Source: Eledone cirrhosa
Lineage: Eukaryota
DNA length: 64,000 nucleotides
Direction: 5' to 3'
Assembly (NCBI GenBank): GCA_964016885.1
Contig: OZ024742.1
Coordinates: 107,694,001-107,758,000, forward strand
The notes below the pieces were generated by a model. It was given only the letters and a program-made list of their open reading frames with translations, was not told where the DNA came from and did no database searches. The stretch's first letter is position 1. Each line of letters begins with the position of its first letter. This document shows positions 54,999-64,000 of the stretch, in pieces. Made by a program: the position numbers and the translations under genes.

Positions 54999-55816
54999 AT
55001 GTGTGTATATGCGAGTATATGTGTATGAGTGTTTATATGTGTGTGTGTACATATATGTATATGTACATACATATATTTTATGTGTGTATAGGTGTGTATA
55101 TGTAAATATATATATATATATAAATACATGTGTATATGATTGTATGCACATGTGTAGATGTATGTATATGTTTGCATCTATTTATGTGTATGTATATTTT
55201 TAGTTGAGTATCAATATAACTATACCTCTATCTATAATGTGGGTATATGCACTTTGTGATCTATGAAATTTATGCGTTTTGACTATGTCAATATGTATTT
55301 ATCTGAGTTTGATTATTTATACATAGACATATTTGAAAGTATTTTAAGGCGTATCATACGCTGTATTATACTAAGTACAATTTACCACACCGTACTATAT
55401 TGTGTTATATTATATTATTGTATTACTGTATTTAATTATCTTATTATAATTTTCATCTTTTAATATACTATCTTTCCTAGCCATGACCTTAATATATATT
55501 CACCTAAAAACTCCATACAACACAACTCAACATTTAATTTTTACATTACTTTTAAACCTCACTATACCATATACATTCAACTATCAATTTGACAATCCCT
55601 TTCTTCCTAATAGATTTTTTATGACAATTCTGTTTTTAACACCATTCAACCATTCCTTTCAAAGGGTCATGACCTCAACTAAAGTGAATTATTTTTCATC
55701 TTAACATCATATGGAAAAGAAAAACAATCTGATTTGTTAGTTCTTCAACTACCTCCAAACAAAGTCATAGAACTAAACATAATACTAATTTACTACTAAT
55801 TTTGAATAACATTATT

Positions 55817-55956
55817 ATTGCTTTTGACAACAGCTGGTGATATGCATGTAAGTAAATATTCTCTTTATCTGATATTTTGTAACTAACCTTACATAGATCG
55901 ATATCGAAGTATAGTTACGATGTATTATCATCACCTAGAAACGATCGTAAAGCAGT
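55817..55956 (+). ncRNA. Degenerate hammerhead with long stem II
   Basis: ATTGCTT-TTGACAA (cf. CTGACGA)-...GGTGAT...ATCACC..-GAAA-CGATCG-TA-AAGCAGT. Confidence 0.55.
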
Positions 55957-56057
55957 GAAGTATATTTCTAATGACTTGATTTTTTATTTCATTGTTTTAA
56001 CTGATATATATATATATATATATATACATATACATGTATGCATATGTATGTATATGC

Positions 56058-56410
56058 ACGGGACACAGAAATAATCGGGCTGGTTACCCGATCGTGCGGT
56101 TTAACCACTGGTAGTGAAGGACCCCTAGCCTTTGTCAGGGCATTCTTCTAGGAGAAAGCAACTCAGGAAACTTTGATAACTCCGACATAAAACCTGCGGC
56201 TCAGTAGTTACCGATGATGTTGATCTTTTCTTCTTTTCGGGTTATAGCTACTGTCGCTCAAAGAGTGGGATTGGCTCAGTGCACAGTCTTTCCTCATTTT
56301 AAAAAGAATCTTCACGCACAGGCATTGCACGATAGCATTAATTGATAATTATTAATAATGTGATATCGTGCAATAGTCATACTCGATAACGAGGGGCAGC
56401 CATCATCATT
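56058..56410 (+). mobile_element. Second bipartite RTE-derived SINE-like element
   Basis: Shares gacccctagcctttgtca..ctaggagaa and agagtgggattggc..cacaggcattgc with family A; tail CTCG-ATAA-CGAG-ggcagc(CAT)n; its tail fragment also occurs at 62993-63035 (minus). Confidence 0.7.
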
Positions 56411-56485
56411 ATGTATGTATGTGTGTGCGTGTATGTATGTATGTATGTATGTATGTATGTATGTATGTATGTATGTATGTATGTA

Positions 56486-56538
<53 letters not shown>

Positions 56539-56679
56539 TTCAGTTGTTTGCTCACGGAAAGAGTCTGCTCATGAATTTAACGTGCAAGGGGCCGAACCTT
56601 CTTCAGACGTGTACAGTAAATTAAGTCTTGCATTTTAAATTACCGGTACAACCCATCTTGCATTGTAGTGGAAGTGGGT

Positions 56680-56915
56680 AAACATTTCACAGCAACGTTT
56701 ACCTTTAAGACCATTCTTAGCGAGATTGACCGTGATAAAATGTGTGACAAAGCTGGCTCTTTGAATTACGGGTGCAACTCATTTATGTCAATTGAGTGAA
56801 CTGGGAGCAATATGGAATAAAGTGTCTTGCTTAAGAAGACAATGAGCCACCAGACCTGGAATCAAACTCATGACTTGCTGTGCCGAAAACCTTAGCCACA
56901 AAGTCAAGCACCTAC
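56680..56915 (-). mobile_element. Diverged tRNA-derived CORE-like SINE
   Basis: aataaagtgtcttgcttaagaagacaa box and a tRNA-like head. Confidence 0.6.
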
Positions 56916-57379
56916 ACAAAAGTAAGTACAAGTAACTGCAAGTGTTACACATACGACATGCATATAGGAATAATACCCCACGAACGATAAAGGCAGTGCA
57001 TTACATTTTAACATTCTAATTACTAAGCTGACAAGATTTTATGAGAAAATCAAGATGAACAAAGACAGACATAGTCCCAATGATGCATCAATAAAGTACA
57101 AAACAAAATGGCGTAGCAGTTTATTGAACGATAATTGCAATTAGGAATAGAAATCTGCAGTTAATGAAATGATTAATGAAAATACTAATTGTGTAATTAT
57201 CACGGCTAATTAACAAAGTTATATCGAATGAAGAATAGTATTATGAAATGGAATGAAATTTAAACTTATGACCTATAAAAGTATTCTCCATTTTAGTAAA
57301 TCAGAAATATGTGTAAATTTTGAATTTCATTAATTAATGCTACAGTAAAATTCTCCAAGGCAATCACACTAAAATATAA

Positions 57380-57475
<96 letters not shown>

Positions 57476-57523
57476 GGAAATCAGTAAAATTCAATCTCTG
57501 GCGGTTTGCAAGTAAATTCGGCC

Positions 57524-57571
<48 letters not shown>

Positions 57572-57580
57572 GTAAATGTG

Positions 57581-57661
<81 letters not shown>

Positions 57662-57959
57662 AACAAAGTGTCTGGCGAAACCTCCCGAGGGGAGCGTTCT
57701 GATTAAAGTGTATACATGCAAATCGAGAGCTGCTATCTGAATGTTGCAACTGATGAAAAGACTCAAATTAACCCAGACTATACTCGCAATTTCTAAAACG
57801 AATCTCGCTTTTGGGGCGTTGGGCCGTGAAAGCAAGCAAGAGAGATAACACCGATAGTCCCAGTTGATTTAGTGTTATCCAGTAGAGTCTATCTATAAGC
57901 CAACTTAATGAAAACAATAGCCATATTTCGATCTTGTTATCTCTCTTGTCAGCGAAACA

Positions 57960-60930
57960 TATTCCCTTAACAAATCTGCAACTCGATGGCAGCCAATGCT
58001 GTTGACCTGTTTTTCTTTTTGGATGCCTGTCATTGTTGTTCAGCGAGAGAGATTGGTCCAGTGCAAGGCCTTTCTTCACTTAGAAACGTTTCAAGCGCAG
58101 GCAGCACTTGATCTAAATATCTTTCATACATGTTGTGTGAGTATGGTCATTTCATTTTTCGTTCGCTACAACATATGCAGAAAGGAATCTTTAAACTTTT
58201 AAAGAATTCATTAAAAAAAAAAAATCATTTCATCTTATTTATCTATTTAACCTATTTATTATATATCTGGGAAAACATACGGCTGATGCAGTTACTAATT
58301 TTTGTCTTTTCAGAGGACACTTTGAAAAACCTGCAGTTGATACAGCTACCGATCATCTTGTATCTGTTTGTCATTGGATTCTGGCTGTTGATACTTAATG
58401 AGCTACATGCTGCTTTGATCTCCTTGTGCAGATATCTCTTCAATGTCCTGTGGCGAATGGGAAGCAACGACGTATAAAGACCTAACGAGGTGGAGGTATG
58501 CAGTTGTTAATCTACACGCAGGCGACTTAAGGCTTATCTAATACCATTGCTTGTTTTCTTGGGAGGGATCTAAAAAAAGGTGACCTAAACATTGTCTGTT
58601 CCACCATCAAGCTGGTCAGCAACCTGCGGCTGACGGCTGTTCATACCGTCAGGGAAAACAAGAAGAAGAATAGTAATTTTCAAAAGAATAGAATTGCACT
58701 GAAAGTTACCATAGAATATTAGAACACTTATTGACAGGGAATCATCCACGAATCCAGAATGCAGAAATGCTATTGTTGGCAGAGAATTGATATAGCTGCA
58801 CTCTCTGAAACCCATCTTAGTGGGGAAAGTCATCTATCAGAGAGAGGTACTGGCTATACGTTCTTCTGGAAAGGGAAACCAAATGGGGAGAACAGTAATG
58901 GAGGAGTAGATTTCGCCTGTCCGGACAGAGTCCACCCAACCTCTGGAATACCACAAAGCATTCGTGATCGAATTATGCATCTAAGAGTTCCTCTTTCAAG
59001 GGGATATTTCATGACTGTAATTTTAGTGTATGCCCTTCCCCTGGATAGTAGCCAGGAATCAATCATGGCTTTTACCAAGATTTACGAAGGTATATAATAT
59101 CAATTCGACATTCGGACAAGATCTTGTTTCTTGGGGATTTTAATGCACGTGTGAGAAAGGACGACCACATCTGGAATGTTTTAGGACGTCACGGCATGGG
59201 CAAGATGAATGACAATGGGCTTCCCCTTTTGTAGTTATGCACTGAGTTGGTCACTAATGCCAAAACGTATAGATGTGACCAAACTGCAAAGTTTAGAAAT
59301 GCGAGATTATTTTCAAAATGCACTTGAAAACTTGGCAACAGTTTAAAACACAGGTTTACAGTGCTGGAACTGATGAATTTGGACTTAAGGAGACAAAACA
59401 CAGATAATGATGCTGCAATAACCATGCTTATTGAAGAGAAGAACAAGTTATTTGAGAAGTGCCTTGTTGCAGAGGGTCCAGTGAGGACCATTTTTATGAA
59501 GGCCCATCAAAGAAGTAAAGTCAAACATGCAATGTAAAACTCGAAAGATGAAGAATAACTGGTGGTCTGAAGTTTCAGAAGAGATGCAGAGGGCTTAAAA
59601 CTGCTGAGACTTGATGGCATTAAACAGCACAATATGGCAAATATTTGGCCCACAGCCCTCAAAAATGGTACAATTGAAGTCAAAAGATGGGAACATCCTC
59701 AACAAAGATCCAGCGGGAATCATGAGTCAGTGGATTGAACACTTTAAAAATTTGTTTGATAACCCATCTGTAGTTGATGAGGAAATTATTACTGGACTGC
59801 TGCAAATGGAGATTGTGATAGAGATATACAGGCTGAACTCAGTACTTTGCCGCGCTGCTGACATATGCCTGCCAAGACTTCGAAAGCAGTGTATTCTTGC
59901 GAATTAGAACCTCTGGCAAAGTCTTTAATCTAAGACTGTTTAACACCAAGTCTAAAACATTTGGCAATCTTGCCAGAGAGTTCTTGTATGCTGATGATGC
60001 AGATTTTGTGGCACACACAGTAGAGGACATGCAGTTAACATTGGACACCTTCTCCAATGCATGCACTATGTTTGGGCTAAATATTAGTATAAAAAAAGAC
60101 AAAGCTCATGTACTGGAGCCAGACATTTACGTGAGAGGAAAAAGATTGAGGTGGTAGACAGCTGTGTGTATCTCTTAAGTGTACTTAGAAGAGATGGTAC
60201 CCTCAATGCTGAAATAGCTCACAAGATTGCAAAAGCGAGTCTTCCCCTCAGGAAGCTTGAGAAGCGACCCTGGTTAAATCGGGGTTTCACGAGAAACACA
60301 AACATCTCTGCGTATGAAGCCTATGTTCTTACAGCCCTGCTATACGGATACGAGGCATGGACAACTTACTGACATCACACCAAGCAGCTGGAAAGGTTTC
60401 ATCAGCATTGTATCCGATTGTATCTTGAACATCAAATGGTCCTCTTACACATCTAATGCTGTCATACTTGAGAAAGCAGACAGCATCAGTACTGAGAGGA
60501 GAATTATTGTGAACTAGATGCGTTGGGCTGGTTATATGGTCTGGATGGAAGATGAAAGGCTGCTTAAACAGTTATTTTATGAGGAGCTGACAAGAGGTAA
60601 AAGGCCACAGCATAAATGAAAGAAGCGGTTTAGGGATGTGATAAATGACAATCTTAAAACTCTGAATGTTGATATGGAGAACTGGGAAACACTGGCTGAA
60701 TGCTTTATCATGGAGAAAGATCATCAAATATGGATGTGATGTCTTTGAGAAAAAGCGAGTGGAGCATGTTGTTTTAAAGCGTCCACTCAATAGGCGGGAT
60801 CCAAGTGCAGTGTCTGCAAAAATCCTGCAAGAATTGATGTGCAATGTATGTGGTAGATTTCTTCTATGAAGAGATGGATTTTTCAAACATCTGAAATCAC
60901 ACGAGCCAGGGAGAAATCGAGCTATTTATG
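57960..60930 (+). mobile_element. RTE-clade LINE, heavily decayed with internal deletions
   Basis: NIRTL, IDIAALSETH, GYTFFWKG, LGDFNA (APE); EFLYADD, FGLNISIKK, LLYG.E.W, MRWAG (RT/thumb); terminal CNVC..F.HLKSH zinc finger. Confidence 0.85.
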
Positions 60931-61099
60931 AGAAGATTCTACCGACATGTATTCCACGGTACATCTGTATTGAGTGTGGCTTAATTTGCAAGTTAGCATG
61001 TATGTATGTATGTATGTATGTATGTATGTATGTATGTATGTATGTATGTATGTATGTATGTATGTATGTATGTATGTATGTATGTATGTATGTATGTAT

Positions 61100-61708
61100 G
61101 TCAGGTCACCAGTTGGTGCTACTGGTAACATGTATCCCAGTACAATCTGTCCCATGGTCGCGTCGTTGGCGACTAAACTGGCAACCCCACCAAGGTTTCT
61201 TGGTGAGGAGGGTGACTTTGGACATCCTGCAGGACTAAAAACAAAACCTGTCAAAGGGCAAAGGAGCTCTTAAGAGTCAATGGCCATCCAAAATCACCAG
61301 GAGAGATGACCCCTTAGCCTTTGTCAAGGCAGAATTCTAGGAGAAGGAAAACTCTGATATAACACCTGCAACCCTGATGGTATCCAATGATGTTGACTTT
61401 TCTTCTTTTTGGTAAATATCATCTTGGTTAAGAGAGTGGGACTGGCTTTGTGCAGTGCCTTTGCTCACTATAAAAGCTTCACGGCACAGGCATTGCTTTA
61501 TATCTGGAGATCTCTCTGCACTTGTCGTCACATGGTACCAAGGGCCCAGCACTATGTGTCAATAATTGTCACAATTGTAGTGTTTGTACCAGAGTTTTCA
61601 AGTCGCTGGCTGGACTAAAAAGTCACACTCGTTCAGCGCATCGGTAGGGGTTCTCCTACATGGATATAAAGTAGTGGCCGTACTCGAAAACGAATTGGCA
61701 GCCACCAT
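61100..61708 (+). mobile_element. Family A non-autonomous RTE derivative, full-length
   Basis: Co-linear with 40707-41314, with the same ends, in (TATG)n. Confidence 0.85.
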
Positions 61709-61902
61709 GTACGTATGTATGTATGCATGCATGTATGTGTACGTGAGTGTAAATTATGTTGTGTAATGATATATATATACATATATATATATTATTAGGT
61801 AGTAACATGTGCTTACGCCGTATTTGACTAAATATAGTTAGTCTGTTAGTTGGGATTAAAAAAAACCCTCTCTGAATGGAAAAAAGGATGAGTATTGACG
61901 TA

Positions 61903-61970
61903 GATGGGACACGAACTCGCATCCTTGGTTTGCCTGACCAATGTGTTTCCATTACAGCAACAAGCCACCC
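61903..61970 (-). other. Isolated tRNA-like/SINE head
   Basis: Minus strand GGGTGGC-TTGCTGTAATGG...GAGTTCGTGTCCCATC; no good acceptor stem. Confidence 0.4.
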
Positions 61971-62064
61971 ATATATATTTGTGTGTGTGTGTGTGTGTGT
62001 GTGCGTGTGTGCGTGCGTGTGCGTGCGTGTGCGTGCGTGTGTATGTGTGTGTGTGCGTGCATGT

Positions 62065-62095
<31 letters not shown>

Positions 62096-62202
62096 CGTGC
62101 GTGTGTGTGCGTATGTTATGTTTGTTGGAAATTTCTTAAGGATTATCTCTAATACAATTTCCTGAGATGGTAAGTGATATGTGAAGCTAATGTGGTAAAT
62201 TA

Positions 62203-62233
<31 letters not shown>

Positions 62234-62290
62234 ATCTCTTTTTCTCTCTCTCCCCTCTCCACCCCCATTCTCTCTATATATATATGTACA

Positions 62291-62435
<145 letters not shown>

Positions 62436-62528
62436 GTTTGTGTGTGTATATTTATATGCACATGGCCTCAGCCTCTCGGCTGGAGCACGTAATAGAGTAA
62501 TAGAGTAATATGTTTATATATATGTATG

Positions 62529-62580
<52 letters not shown>

Positions 62581-62605
62581 TACATATACATAAGTACACA
62601 CAGAT

Positions 62606-62636
<31 letters not shown>

Positions 62637-63065
62637 GATACACACACAAACACACACACATACGTATACGCACACACACACATATATATATATATATTTC
62701 TCTCACATTCAGGAAATTACTTTAATTTCCTGTCTATCATATGTCTGATTTTTAACGCCGGTATTGATGATTAAACATCGATGAGACCTAAATGTTTATA
62801 CTACAGACTACACACATATTGAAATAATAAATTAATGGTTTCAAGGCTCTGGAGAATAACAAAGTTATACGAGGTTATTGTCTGCCTAAGAGTAGCAGAT
62901 AAGTTGGGGTACAAACGAAAGAAAAGCGCAATTAACATATAATGTGCAACCACTAGTAATGCAAAGAAGTCAAACTTATAATATAAATGCTATGAAGGCT
63001 GCCCCTTCGTTATCGAGTATGGCCATTGCACGATAAAAAAAATTATATACACATACACGTAAATT

Positions 63066-63283
63066 TGTCGATCGACTTTCGTCAAATCGGACCGCGGAAA
63101 CAATGTTTCCGTTGGTCTTTCCAATTGCTAATACTGTCTATTGGTCGGAACTCCAAGTAGAAGGAGCAACGTGAAATAAAGTGTCTTGCTGAAGGACATA
63201 ACGCATTGCCCGGTCCCGAAATCGAACTGACAACCTCACGATTGCGAATCCAGTTCTCTAACCAATCAGCCACACGCCTTCAC
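63066..63283 (-). mobile_element. tRNA-derived CORE-like SINE
   Basis: Matches 44878-45093. Confidence 0.8.
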
Positions 63284-64000
63284 ATATATATAATTAACGG
63301 TGATGCGATTGAATGTTGCTTTTTAGCCCAGCCAATGATCTAAAATGTCTTGCACAGAGTTAGCAACCATGATAAAAATATTCACTGGCAATAGTGGTTG
63401 GTATTCATGTACCTTTGCATTTTATTTGGGACTTCCTGCAGGTCTACACTCTTTTCCACATGCTTGACAGGTATGATGAGTTGTATCTCCGACAGCAGCC
63501 TGGTAGTCAACCACTGGTCTCCCTTTATGACTGCGAAGATGACTTTTGAGTCCAGCTTTGCTCAGAGGCTGCATGTCAACGCCATAGGAGGATCTTCGTT
63601 GTCTGGAAATGCAACATCAATGCCTTTCCTGGCATCCCTCTTTACTTTCTTGTATGCTTCAAAAGCAACTTTCCCCTGTATATTATACATACATATATAC
63701 ATACATACATACATACATACAAACATATATATCAGGAGCTGTAGAAGCATTTCTGAATGTGGTGGTGGTGGTGGTGGTGGTGGTGGGGCTGGCAATTTGG
63801 TAATTTAAATGTAGTGATTAGTTTAGCTCTTTGCCGTTTGGTCAGAAAACTTCGAAATTCGATAAACGTAACATGTACATAAATTGTAACGCATATCCAA
63901 ATAAATATGTTTTGGTAATTTGGGGAGGATTGTATAATTATTGGGGGTGGGGATGGGGGTGGCCTCACCCTACCCGCAGTTTCACCACCCCTGTGTATAT

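Larger units (their letters stand above)
52330..56003 (+). mobile_element. Penelope-like element (possibly Naiad-like subgroup), 5'-truncated, with long 3' region
   Basis: RT and GIY-YIG remnants, then a degenerate hammerhead at 55817-55956 and a (TA)n junction. Confidence 0.8.

Noticed and set aside
57749-57800. Isolated CTGATGA (also CTGAAGA at ~51184)
   Set aside because: No matching stem II-GAAA-stem I arrangement.
63400-63685. Possible RTE C-terminal fragment on the minus strand
   Set aside because: Only vague similarity; too short and decayed to call.

Overview
Eukaryotic, AT-rich, microsatellite-saturated animal DNA. The SINE/RTE repertoire and the (TA)n/(CA)n/(TATG)n load look like an octopod cephalopod genome (inference). 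No host protein-coding exon can be supported, and most listed ORFs are translated microsatellites. The window is a mosaic of decayed mobile elements: a Tx1-clade LINE (8.4-12.8 kb), two Penelope-like elements (PLEs; 19.7-22.3 kb and 52.3-56.0 kb), an IR-DR Tc1 transposon (25.6-27.1 kb), a Helitron (47.1-51.1 kb), an RTE LINE plus bipartite non-autonomous RTE derivatives, two R4/Dong-type RLE fragments, tRNA-derived SINEs, MITEs and minisatellites. The most striking unexplained structure is a dense population of short, sequence-unrelated elements sitting in (TA)n tracts. They carry minimal type I hammerhead ribozymes (about 17 motifs at 12 loci, read by eye), often with a family-specific palindromic stem III. 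Many share one architecture: an inverted duplication plus an unpaired ~40-100 nt 3' tail on one arm. Two of them show tandem or circularly permuted monomers typical of retrozymes. Other highlights are a tandem array of palindromic units carrying two convergent tRNA-like Pol III heads (31.0-32.8 kb) and apparent (CATA)n-specific R4/Dong insertions. All calls were made by manual reading; no searches or folding programs were run.
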